64,000 nucleotides of DNA from Torpedo marmorata (Eukaryota). A model generated the notes under the pieces. The model ran no database searches and was not told the DNA's origin. It saw nothing but the letters and a program-made list of their open reading frames with translations. Every line of letters begins with the position of its first letter. Position 1 is the first letter of the stretch. The translations under genes were made by a program, and so were the position numbers. The stretch lies in contig OZ360238.1 in NCBI GenBank assembly GCA_977017645.1, positions 42,966,001 to 43,030,000 of the forward strand, in the 5' to 3' direction. Positions 37,168 to 49,253 of this stretch are shown here, piece by piece.

Positions 37168-37227
37168 AAACCTTCATCTGATTCTGGGAAGGTCGGGGTA
37201 AGGCTTGCAATTGTAAAGGAAGATATT

Positions 37228-38643
37228 GCCAGCTGGCTGATGTTCTCACCGACATCTTTAACATCTCCCTGACCAGTGCCGTGGTACCAACGTGCTTCAA
37301 AGCTGCTACCATCATCCCCGTGCCGAAGAAGTCGACGGTGTCCTGCCTCAATGACTACCGCCCTGTCGCACTCACATCCACCGTCATGAAGTGCTTCGAG
37401 AGGCTCGTCATGAGGCACATCAAGCTTCTGCTGCCCCCCTCACTGGACCCCCTGCAGTTTGCATATAGATCAAACCGCTCCAAAGATGATGCCATCATTA
37501 CCACCCTCCACCTAGCCCTCACCAACCTGGAAAATAAGGACGCGAATGTTCGAATGCTGTTTATTGACTTCAGCTCGGCATTCAACACGATCATACCTCA
37601 GTACCTGATAGGGAAGTTGAGGGGGCTGGGCCTAAACTACACCCTCTGTAATTGGATCCTAGACTTCCTGACGGGAAGACCTCAGGCAGTCCGGATTGGA
37701 AACAGCACTTCTAAGGTCATTACATTGAGCACGGGGGCTCCCCAGGGCTGTGTGCTTAGTCCATTGCTGTTCACCCTGCTGACTCAGGACTGTGCAGCAA
37801 AACACAGCTCGAATCAGATCATAAAGTTTGCTGATGATACAACCGTGGTGGGCCTTATCAGTAAGAATGATGAGTCAGCATACAGAGATGAGGTGCAGTC
37901 GCTAATGGAATGGTGTGGAACCAACAACCTGCAGCTGAACGTAAACAAAACAAAAGAGTTGGTTGTTGACTTCAGAAGTGCCCGGGGGGATCATTCTCCA
38001 TTGACCATGGACGGCTCTACCGTTGAGGTCGTAAAGAGTACCAAGTTCCTTGGAGTGCACTTGGCGGAGAGTCTCAGTTGGTCCCTAAACACCAGTTCCA
38101 TAGTCAAGAAAGCCCAGCAACGTCTTTACTTCCTGCGAAGACTGAGGAAAGTTCATCTCCCACCCCCTATCCTTACTACATTCTACAGGGGATGCAGTGA
38201 GAGTATTCTGAGCAATTGCATCACCGCTTGGTTTGGTAACTGTCCCACCTCGGAGCGAAAAACCCTGCAGAGGATAGTGAGGGCAGCGGAGAAAATTATT
38301 GGAGTCTCTCTCTCCACCATGACAGACATTTACAACACACGATGCATGAGGAAGGCTAAAAACATTGTGAAGGACTTCTCACACCCCTTTGGTAAACTGT
38401 TTTCCACTTTGCCATCTGGAAGGAGGTACCGAAGCACTCGGGCTCGCACGTCCAGACTGTGCAACAGTTTTTTCCCCCAAGCCATCAGGCTCCTCAATTC
38501 CTAGATATATATGTGTATTAGCATGTTATAGTTTTTCTATTGTATTATGATACTTATGTACATCTGCCCATGGTCCTGGAGAAACGCTATCTCGTCTTAC
38601 TGTGTATATGGTAATGAACGACAAATAAAGGTGACTTGACTTG
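37228..38643 (+). mobile_element. Young Rex1/Babar-like LINE, 5'-truncated, open RT
   Basis: 407-aa ORF with [37 protein letters not shown]; gtgacttgacttg tail. Confidence 0.96.
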
Positions 38644-38914
38644 ATTTTGGGTGGTGTACCAAGTAATATCATCTTATGATGAGGTAGGATTCAGATTTAC
38701 GAATTCACTTCCTCTTTTGCGGCTGATCAAAAGGCAAGTTCAGACTGAGAGAGTGAGTATCGACAGGAACTGATTGTCAGCTGCTAGGGGTAGGTGGTCA
38801 CCAATATAATACTTACCTATCATCTCTGCCAAGTATGTACAGCATTGAGGCCGATGAAAGGAAAATAATTGAATTCTGAGATTTTGTAGGAAAATCATTC
38901 CGGCGGCTAATAGA

Positions 38915-39400
38915 AAATAGAACATTATACCACAGTACAGGCCCTTCAGCCCTCGATGTTTTGCCAACCTATAGAAACCTACTCCACAACAATTTAACCC
39001 TTCCCTACATCAACCCATAGCCCTCTATTCTCTAACATCCATATGCCCATCGAAGAGTCTTTTGAATGTCACTATTATACCAGCCTCCATCTCCACCCCT
39101 GGCAAGGCACCCACCACTCTCTGTCTAAAAATCTTACCTCGGACATCTCCTCTAAACTTTTCTCCTCTCACCTTAAACAGAGGTCCTCAGGTATTTGCTA
39201 TTGTTTCCCAAGGAAATATATGAGCTGGCTGTCCACCCAATCTAAGCCTCTTATTAAATCACCTTTCACCCTTCCTCACAAAGAGAAAGGCCCTAGCTCT
39301 GTCAACCTTGCCTCAGAAGACATGTTCTCCAATCGAGGCAACATCCTGGTAAATCTCTGCACCCTCTCTAAAAAACCTACATCTTTCCTGTAATGTAAAT
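38915..39400 (-). mobile_element. CR1 3' fragment
   Basis: YRKDVGFLERVQRFTRMLPRLE; cacagtacaggcccttcagccc tail. Confidence 0.85.
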
Positions 39401-39522
39401 GGTGCATGGAACAATAAATTAGTTTGTTCAGTGCCTGGACAGTGCCAATTTTCTCCAACAGCTCTTCCCAATCTCCCAATCCCTACCACGGATGACAAGC
39501 ACATCTCGGTGGGCATCCCAGG

Positions 39523-41945
39523 TGTGATGATTCTTCTATTACAATAAAGAAACTTGGGTTCTTTTTAAACAACTACATTTATTAACTAAAGCAAACAGCA
39601 CTAAGAACAGAACACATACAGACAAGATCTAATGTGGAGGCATCCATCTTGATTCTACCCAAGATGCAACAGGTTTCCCAAGATGCAACAACAACTCATC
39701 TCCAATTCCTCCTGGTGGTAGCACTCTATCTCTACATCCCCTTTCCTTGAGATGTTTAATCTAACATGACACACTAATACAGTATTCATTTCAATTTAAA
39801 GTTCAACACAAACGTAAAAACAAACATCAGCAACACAAACTTTTTAAGTGTGCAGTTATTTTTCTTTTAGAGATTCAGTCTGTCGGGTGCTTTGATAACA
39901 CGTGTGGATCTTCTTAACACAGGTGCTTGTGTCGGCTCTGCTGGTCCACTACTGTCTAGCACTGGTGGTGTTTCCTCTGTTGCTGTGCAGGCTGAATCTT
40001 CTGCATCAGTCTGTTCCTGCAGTATCTCTTGCGTTTTCAGAAGGCTCTTTCAATTCCTCCTCAGTATTTGACCATCCTCTGTTCTGACAGTGTAGGATCT
40101 TGGACTTACTTCCTCCAGAACAGTAGCCATTTTGTCCCAAGTGTTGGAATCTCTGAGTCTCACTGCGTCACGTCGTGCCAGTGGCCCTAAGCTTCTTGCT
40201 GACTTGTCATAATTTGCCTTTTTGTCTCCATTGCAGACGCTTTTGTTTCCATTCGACATCTTCGACATCTCTGTTCTTGTTTGGGTCTGCAGAGTAGGGA
40301 AGTGTGGTGCGTAGTCTACGTCCTATCAGAAGCTCAGCCGGTGACATGCCATGTTCAAGTGGCGAAGCTCTGTAACTCAATAGAGCTAGATACGGGTCTG
40401 AGCCACTGTCTTGTGCTTTCTTGACCAACTGTTTAACTATGTGAACTCCTTTCTCTGCTTTACCACTTGACTGTGGATGCAGAGGACTTGAAGTCACATG
40501 TCGAAAATCATACTCTTCTGCAAAGTTCTGGAATTCTCTACAGCTGTAGCATGGTCCATTGTCACTGTAGACAATTTTAGGAATTCCTTTTCTTTTAAAA
40601 ATATTTTTATTGAGTTTCAATAATAAACATGTATACAGAGTAACAAGATTAAGAAAAACATTCAAAAAATCAGCTGGTATTCATACATGTATATAAAAAA
40701 AAAACTAAGTAAATTGTCATAACTAAATTCTTAATATAGGTTAAAACTCTAGTTCCTTATAATTATCTTTAAAAAAACCCACTTGAAAATAAAATAAAAA
40801 GAAAGAAAAAAAAGACAAAAAAAACCAAACACCAATAACTAATCTATTCTAACCTCTCGCTCTAAGCAAGGTTACCTTGATATTGTAAAAAAGGATATGG
40901 ATCCTGTAGCGACCTCCAAGCATCGGACAGAGAGTCCCCGGGATAGTCAGTTTTGTTAATTCTTCCAATCATGATAGTATTCAATGAATGGCCCCCAGAT
41001 CTTTAAAAATTGAAAATTAACATCATGTATATATAATAATTTATTGGAAATCAGAGTAGCTTCTATGACGGGGATCAAGAATGAATGGGAATGAGACTTG
41101 AATGTTACATTTTCAAATCAAGATTGGTACAATGCTCTTGATCTAATTAACGCCTCATCTTTTTGCGCTAGACACTGTTTATTACAATTTAAAGTGGTGC
41201 ATAGAATTCATATGTCTAAACTTAAACTATCACGTTTTTACTCTGACATAGATCCATTGTGTGAGAGATGTAAAATTTTTGAAGCTTCACTGATACATAT
41301 GTTTTGGGAATGCCCTAATTTGGAGAGATTTGGAAGGATATTTTTAAATCTTTATCATTGATTTTTAATATTAATATTGAACCATGTCCTATAATTGCTC
41401 TGTTTGGTTTTTCACGTGAACCTAACATACCTTTGTCTGCATCACAGGAAAAAGTTTTAGCTTTTTCCACGTTGATTGCCAGACGGGCAATTTTATTGAA
41501 ATGGAAAGATGAGTTATCACCAACACATAGACAGTGGTTACTAGATGTAATGAGTTTGGAGAAAATTAGATATAATATTAAAGACAATTTGAGGAATTCC
41601 ATGTCTTGCAAAGATTGATTTCATATATTTGATCACAAAAGCAGCAGAAATGCTAGGAAACAGCGCTATCTCCGGATAGTTCGATAGATAGTCAAAACCA
41701 GCAAGTAATTCTTTCCATCCATGTGGAACAGATCAGCCCCAACTTTCTGCATGGTTCTGCTGGTAAGTCAGTTATGATCATGGGTTCCTTTGCCTGCTTT
41801 GCGTGATGTTTCAAACAGGTATCGCTGCTGGAAACCATCCTGTCAATGTCATCGTTTATCCCTGGCCAATAAACAGCAGCTCTGGCCCTCCTCTTGCATT
41901 TTTCCATTCCAAGGTGCCCCTCATGCACCCTTTTCAGCATCTCTT
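39523..41945 (-). mobile_element. Gypsy LTR retrotransposon 3' part (integrase, polypurine tract, 3' LTR), interrupted by L1
   Basis: HEGHLGMEKC...C..C zinc finger (41692-41940); GIP.IVYSDNGP...SSPLHPQSSGKAE (40207-40587); minus-strand PPT AAGGAAAGGGGA directly before TGTAGAG; LTR about 39736 to 39523. Confidence 0.9.
40588..41581 (-). mobile_element. L1 3' insertion with 5' inversion
   Basis: 19-bp TSD agacaattt(t/g)aggaattcc (40569-40587 and 41582-41600); 3' end on the - strand, upstream ORF2 C-terminal part (CERC..HMFWEC, EKIRYNI) on the + strand. Confidence 0.9.
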
Positions 41946-44900
41946 TTTAAAAAAAAATATTTTATTTAAAATTTAAATCACAAAATACATAGAAAAAAAT
42001 ATAAAATTATCAAAAATACTTGTGATACATTTTCACCCACCCTCCCACCCTCCCCTCCCCAACCCTCCCAACCCCACTAATCTAATAAAATGTAAAAAAG
42101 AAAGAAATAGAGAAGAAAAAGATAAGGTAAGGAGAATGTCAATCTAATAAATACATCTATAAACTAATTCTATTATGGAGGTTAGGTAGCCAGTAGATCC
42201 AATGTCCAGAGATCTTCAAATCCTTAATCCAACAGCTTTCATATAAGGGCTCCATATTTTTAAAAATAAATGATATTTATTCCGTAAATTATAAGTAATT
42301 TATTCAAGTGGTATACATGAACGAAGTTCTGCATGCCATCTTTCTAGCCCTAAATCAACATCAAATTTCCAAGTAATAGCAATGCATTTCTTTGAAACAG
42401 CTAAAGCAATTCGCAAAAATTCTATTTGATACATATTTAATTTCATCTTAATACTAAATTTTTTAATATCTCCAAACAAAAATATCATAGGATCCATCGG
42501 AAATATAATCTTAAATACTTTATCTAAATTTTTTTTAACTTTAAACCAAAAATCATAGACTTTTGGACAAAACCATGTAGAATGAACAAAAGAACCTTCC
42601 TCTTTATTACATCTGAAACATAAACCTGATAAGGTCGGGTTAAATTTCTTTAATTTTTTAGGTGTTAAATATAATTGATGAAAAAAATTGTATTGTACTA
42701 ATCTATATCTAACATTAATAATCTTCGTCATACTTAATTTACATAATTCCTTTCAATGATTTTCATCTATTATTACATTCAAATCTAATTGCCATTTTAA
42801 TCTTGATTTATGAATTCCTACTTTAGGAATTTTCCTCTGAAACAATTTATACATTTGAGAAATAAATTTGTTTACATCTTCTTTAGTAACTAATAATTCT
42901 AATTCATTCTGTCTTGGTAAAGTCAAAGCATGACCTAATTTCTCAATCAAAAAAGCTCTAATTTGATAATAAGCAAAAAGTGTATTATCTAATATATTAA
43001 ATTTATCTTTCATTCTTTGAAAAGTAATAAATTTCCCAGCTTCAAAACAATCATTTATTTTCTTAATTCCTTTTTGAAACCAAATTTTAAATAGTTGATT
43101 ATTAATAGTAAATTGAACAAGTCCATTTTGATATAAAGGCATCCTTGAAGAAATCAATCCTTTTCCTCCTATTTCCTTATCCATCTTATTCCATATTTCT
43201 AACAAATGTTTAAGAATAGGAGAATTTTTCTTTCTTGTTGATATTAATTTAGAATCCCATTTATAAGTAACTTCTTCTTTGGAATCTTCTTCTATATTAT
43301 TTAGTTCTAATTTAATCCAAGCAGAAGATTTAGTTGAATCAAAAAAATTCATTAACAAATTTTAATTGAGCTGCTTTATAACAATTTTGGAAATTAGGAA
43401 GTTGTAAACCACCCATTTCATAATTCCAAGTTAATTTTTCCATACCTACTCTTGCTAACTTTCCTTTCCATAAAAATTTTCTAATAATTGAATTTAAATC
43501 TTTGAAAAACTTTTGAGGAATTTCATAAGGAATTGATTGAAAAAGATATTGAATTCTTGGAAAAACATTCATTTTAATACAATTTACTCTTCCCATTAAA
43601 GTTATAGATAAATCTTTCCAATTTTCTAAATCCTTTTTTATTTTCACAAATAATGGTAAATAATTTAATTTATATAAATTAGCCAATTTTGTGTCAATCC
43701 TTATTCCCAAATATTTAATTCCTTCCTTTGCCCATTTAAATTGTGTAATTTCTTTACACTTACTATAATCCCCTTGTGATAATGCCATAATTTCACATTT
43801 ATCAGAATTAATTTTATATCCTGATATTTCCCCATATTCTCTCAATAACACAGACAGTTGTACTAAAGATGTAGTAGATTTTGTCATATATATCAATACA
43901 TCATCTGCAAATAAACTAATTTTATGTTCTTCCGTTCCAACTTTAATACCAACTATTTTAGGATCTTTTCTAACTAATTCTGCCAAAGGTTCTATCGCCA
44001 AAATAAATAACGCTGGTGACAAAGGACATCCTTGTCTAGTAGATCGAGTCAAAGGAAATCTTGAAGAAATCTGTCCATTTGTAACCACTTTAGCAGATGG
44101 TTCTTTATATATAGTTTTAATCCAATTAATAAACGTAATTCCAAAACCAAATTTCTCCAACACCTTAAATAAAAAATTCCACTCTAGTCTATCAAAAGCC
44201 TTTTCGGCATCTAACGTTAATACTAATGGTAAATCTTCTTTCTTTTTTTGTAAATTAATTAAACTAATTAATCTAGCTATATTATCTTTTGAATATCTAT
44301 TCTTAATAAAACCAGCTTGGTCTACATGAATTAAATCTGGTAAATAATTGGCCATCCTATTAGCTAAAACTTTTGCCATTATCTTGTAATCTACATTTAA
44401 CAATGAAATAGATCTATATGATTCAGTTTTCAATACATCTCTATCTTTTTTTGGTATAACTGTAATTATTGCATTTAAAAATGTATCCAGTAGTGAATGG
44501 GTTCCCGTAATTTGATTTAATACATCCATATACGGAGGTATCAATAAGTCTTTAAATTCTTTATAAAATTCTGCTGGAAATCCATCATCACCTGGAGATT
44601 TACCACTCGTTAAAGAAGTAAGAACTTCATTAACTTCCCTCATTGAGAAAGGTAAATCTAAAGCTTCTCTACTTTGAATATTTAATTTAGGTAATGTAAT
44701 CTTAGATAAAAATCTATTAATTTTATAATCATCTTGATCAATCTGAGATTTATATAAATTTAATTAATAATCCTTAAAAGAATCATTTATTTCTCGAGGT
44801 TTATAAGTTATTTCCCTCAAATTCATTTTCTTAATAGCATTTATACTTCTAGAAGTTTGATCTTTTTTTAATTGCCACGCCAAAACTTTATGTGCTCTTT

Positions 44901-45264
44901 CCCCTAATTCATAATACCTTTGTTTAGTTCTTTCAATTAATTTTTCCATTTTATATGTTTGTAATAAATTATAATGTAATTTTTTCCCAACTAAATTATT
45001 GCTTTTTTGAATTGATCTATTTTTCTGTAAGTCTTTATCCAAACACTCAATTTCCTTCTCTAAATTATTAACCTCTCTCAGATAATCCTTCTTAATTTTT
45101 GCTGAATAACTTATTATCTGACCTCTTCAATAAGCTTTTTAGGCTTCCCATATAATAAATTTATTATTAGTAGAATTGGAATTTATTTGTAAAAATTCCT
45201 GAATTTCCCTTCTCATATAATCACAAAAATCTTTTCTTTTTAATAAAGAAGAATTAAATCTCCA
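41945..45264 (-). mobile_element. AT-rich L1 element, 5'-truncated, frameshifted ORF2
   Basis: GKSPGDDG, YRSISLLNVD, LDAEKAFD, TRQGCPLSP, LFADD, CFRC..HSTWFC; T-rich 3' end at 41945. Confidence 0.96.
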
Positions 45265-46010
45265 GCTTACATCTATCACAGATAGGATTAACGTTAGGAA
45301 AAATACGAGCCAACCTGTCTTTCGACAGATGAGCTCGATGAACCACTTTAAACTGGATTAAAGAGTGTCGGGCACATATTGAAGAGGTATTAACCAAGCT
45401 AAAAATCTTCTCCCATATTTCCTCTGAGAGATGCAACTGAAGTTCTACCTCCCAAGATTTTTTAATTTTATCATTAAAATTAGATTGCGATCTCAATAAC
45501 TTATTATAAATATTACCTATTAAACCTTATGAGTAGGGTTCAAATGAAAGAAAGTATCAATCAAACCCAATTGATAGGATGTTGGAAAATTAGGTAATAT
45601 AGTATTCAAAAAATTTCTAATTTAGAGATATCTTAAAAAAAATTGATTTTGGTATGGCGTATTTATTTGATAGGTATTCAAAAGACATCAAATTACCATC
45701 TATAAACAAATCTGAAAAAGTAACAAGTCCTTTAGTTTTCCAAATGGTAAAGGCTTGATCAATTATAGACGGTTGAAAAAAATAATTAAGAGAAATAGTA
45801 CTGGATAGAACAAACTTTTTAAGACCAAAAAACCTCCGAAATTGAAATCAAATCCATAATGTGTGTTTAAGTATTGGATTAAGAGTATGTCTACTAACCT
45901 TAGAAAGTACAAAGGGAAGGGCCACTCCCAATAAGGAAGCAACTGAGTATCTCTGTACAGAGTTCAATTCCAAATCTACCCACAAGGGGCGTTGGGATTT
46001 ATGAGGAGGC
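45260..46010 (-). mobile_element. Fragment of a second L1 family (ORF2 C-terminal region)
   Basis: VNTSSICARHSLIQFKVVHRAH...CDRC. Confidence 0.88.
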
Positions 46011-47243
46011 TCTCTCTGAGGAGGAAATTAAGGAAGTGACCCTTGGAGATAGTAAAGTTAAGACTGTGTCAGTAACTCTTGTAAAGTTACCCACTTTGTT
46101 TGCTTTGCCTAAAGAGATTCAATCCGATCAGGGGAGCGATTTCATGTCAGGATTGTTTCAGCAGTTAGCTTGTAGAGTGGGAGCTAACCAGATCACATCA
46201 TCTGAATATCCTCCAGAGTCTCAAGGGGCATTGGAGAGGTTCCATTCGACTCTCAAACCTAGGATGAGGACCTGTTGTGTTGAGCATGAGAAGGACTGGA
46301 ATAAGGGTGTCCATTGGCTTTTGTTTGCTGTACAAGAGTCATTGGGCTTTAGCCTTTTTGAGTTGGGGTTTGGACAGCAAGTTAGAGGACCTTTAGGGTG
46401 GTTGAAGGAACAATGGGTTAATGAGGATGTCCAGTTGAAATTGTTAGATTATGTCTCGAAATTTAAAGATCATTTGCGGAAAGTCTGTGAATTGGCCCAA
46501 GTGAAACTATTTGACAAACTTTCAAAGGCCAACCTTACTGTTAATTTGGTGAAGAGTGAACTTGGCCATTCTACTGTGACGTACCTCAGGTATGTAGTTG
46601 ATCAAGGCAAGTTGGCGCCTGTCCAGTTCAGACGATTTCCAAGTTCCCCATTCTCATGGATAAGAAAACCATTGGGAGACTTCTGGGAATGGTTGGGTGT
46701 TACAGAGAGTTCTGTAAAAAATGTTGCTGTTTGCCTTTCAAGAGGTTAAGTTTGCAGAGTTACTGAAAAATGTATATTTGCCTGTATTATGTCATGTAAT
46801 GTATTATTTCAAACATAGTGAGTTGCAGTTAAAATTTTGCTCTTACAGCTCAAAATTTTATTTGACGGTGGAAGGTGTGACGTTCTCCCATTTTTCAGTT
46901 CATTTTATTTGTGTGGGATTGTCCCTTTAAGAGAACAGATTTAACAAAAGCCTGCAGGTTTTGGACAGTGTCTGCGAACTAGCAGCAGGCTTCGAAGACA
47001 GCATGTTCTTAACTTGATACATTTGCAGAGTGAAGGGAAGAAGCCCTGAAGCAGAGACCATGTGACCAGCTTATTGAAGAGACAATGCACATTTTGCTCA
47101 GGAGGTCATTTTAAGAAGGCAGCACAAGAGTAAAGTGTTCTTCAACCTCCTTTGTGGGAATGAGAAACCCACTTGGCCCCATTGTGTGGTTATAGACAAA
47201 CTGTCAGATTTCCTCCTGTTAGTTATAGAGGGATGAGAAGACC

Positions 47244-47430
47244 ACTTCGACTGCCCCACGAAAAGGGTTCTATTTGTAGAAGAAATACTGCACTCTACTT
47301 CGACTGACCCACAAAAAGGGTTCTATTTGCAGAAGAAATACTGCACTCTACCTCAACTGACCCACGAAAAGGGTTCCAGTTGCAGAAGAAATACTGCACT
47401 CTACTTCGACTGACCCACGAAAAGGGTTCT
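47244..47430. repeat. 53-bp minisatellite, about 3.5 copies
   Basis: Unit ACTTCGACTGACCCACGAAAAGGGTTCTATTTGCAGAAGAAATACTGCACTCT starts at 47244, 47297, 47350, 47403. Confidence 0.97.
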
Positions 47431-47607
47431 GGAAGCTTCGTGAGCATCACTTGCTTCTTATCCCCTACGCCAAAGAAGAGGGGAATTTTAGTTGGCACTC
47501 GTCTAAAAAGAACACTTTGTTGAAGCACCTCAACAAGGGTTTCATGAGTTAATCAATGTTCTGTTACCCCCGGTCTCTTTCATCCACTTCATGAACTGCT
47601 AATTTCA

Positions 47608-47700
47608 TCTAAAGCCTACGGGTCACATTCATCTAAGGCTTGTGTGTCTCAAGATTCTAAGGCCTGTGTATCTCAACCATCTAAAGCCTGCGTGTCAATC
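47608..47700. repeat. Degenerate 24-bp tandem repeat, about 4 copies
   Basis: tctaa(a/g)gc starts at 47608, 47632, 47656, 47680. Confidence 0.85.
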
Positions 47701-47830
47701 ACAAATGGGATTTGCTACGTTTTCTGCCTTGAATTCAATATGTGGCCAAGCATCATTGCTAGAAATGCTTATGATCTTGGACTGTTTAAATTTCTGCATG
47801 AATTAAAATATTTTTGTTAATTTTTTCTTA

Positions 47831-48080
47831 GGGGCTGCACAGTTGGCGTAGCAGTTAGCACAATGCCTTTACATCAGCAGCGATCGGGAACGGGGTTCGA
47901 ACCCCGTGCAGTCTGTAATTTGTACATTCTCCCCGTGTCTACGTGGGTTTTCCCCGGGGGCTCCGATTTCCTCCCACCGTTCGAAAAGTACCAGGGGTGT
48001 AGGTTAATTGGGTATAAATTGGGCGGCACTCGTGGGCCGAAATGGCCTGTTACCATCCTGTATGTCTAAATTTAAATTTT
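47831..48080 (+). mobile_element. Young V-SINE (HE1-like)
   Basis: ggggttcgaacccc B box, V-domain, (TTTAAA) tail. Confidence 0.9.
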
Positions 48081-48589
48081 TTTAAAAATAAAAATTAAAA
48101 ATTTAATCTTTCTTGTACTTTATCCACATGTAAATGGTTGTGAACACTTGCTGAGGTTATATTCTATGGAGGTTACTGGGCAGCTGCCTCACTACTGGTT
48201 CCTTCACCCTATGGAGTCCCAGCTGGTGTGTGTTCCCATATTACCTTATGATGTAGAAGGAGGCCATTTTGGCTCATGAAGTCTATGATGGCTCACAGAT
48301 CAGTCCCATTCCCCACTATTCTTTTCCCTGCAACTCCCTTCTCTTCACACTCGCATTACCTGTCGTCATTCGTTTCCCAAGATCCAACATCCCTGAGCTA
48401 TAATGCCCAAGGTCAGATGCCCACATGTCCACAGGAGTTTGTGGTCATCTGTCTGAAAGGTCAGAGGTGAGGTGCAGAAATGTAGGTCTACGTCACTGGA
48501 ATTCCTGGTAACACTGTAGACTCTGGGTCAAGCTGATGGAGTTTCCAGGTGTGGCCCAAAAAGTTGAAAGGGAGAAGCCATACAAAAAG

Positions 48590-48810
48590 TGTAGCACAGT
48601 GGTGCAGCTCGTGGAGCCCCTGCCTCATTTTAACTCAGGTTCAATCTTCACCTCTTGTGCCACCTGTGTGCTGTTTGAATGTTCTCCCTGTGACTGCTTA
48701 GGTTTCCTACCTCATTCCAAAGACGTGTGGATTGGTCAGTTAATTGCCCTTGACAAATTGCCCCCAGTGTAAAATCGAGGGTAAATTGATGGGAATGGAG
48801 AATAAAATGA
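48590..48810 (+). mobile_element. Old V-SINE
   Basis: gcacagtggtgcagct...ggttcaatc...cattccaaagacgtgtggattggtcagttaattg. Confidence 0.75.
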
Positions 48811-49253
48811 AAAAACCCAGAAGGTGCAGATGCTGGAATCTTGAGCAAACTCAGCAAGTCAGACCATATCCATTGGTACAAATGGTCAGTCAATGTTTCA
48901 GGGCAGAAACCTTTATCAAGACTAAGATTAAAAAAAGGTGAGGGAAAAGAATCTGGCAGAGGGGACCAGAAGTGATATAGAACAGAAGATGTGAAAGGTA
49001 GAGCGAGCCAGAGGGAGAGGCCACTAGGAAGGTGGTGGAGGGGGGAGGGGAAGAAACATTAGAAAGAAGGAAAAAAGGTAAGGTGTGGGTAAAGAAGAAA
49101 AGGAAACAGTGGAATCAGATAGGGGTGGGGGTGACCTAAGATTGGAATAATCTAAGTTAATTCAGTTAAGTTTCAGGCTGTTCATGAGGAACATGATCAA
49201 GTTTATGTTTGGCAATGGATGAGAGTGAGGACAGACATGTGACTGTAGGAATG

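Larger units (their letters stand above)
46020..47825 (+). mobile_element. Deleted Gmr1-like Gypsy element with probable 3' LTR from 46876
   Basis: PKEIQSDQGS..FMS...PESQGALERFHSTLK (integrase) then ANLTVNLVKSE...VTYL..VV (RT palm end); purine tract ggtggaagg followed by TGTGACG. The LTR end is not resolved and may continue past the SINE at 47831. Confidence 0.8.

Noticed and set aside
47244-47430. CRISPR-like array
   Set aside because: The units are contiguous 53-mers with no unique spacers, there are no cas genes, and the DNA is vertebrate.
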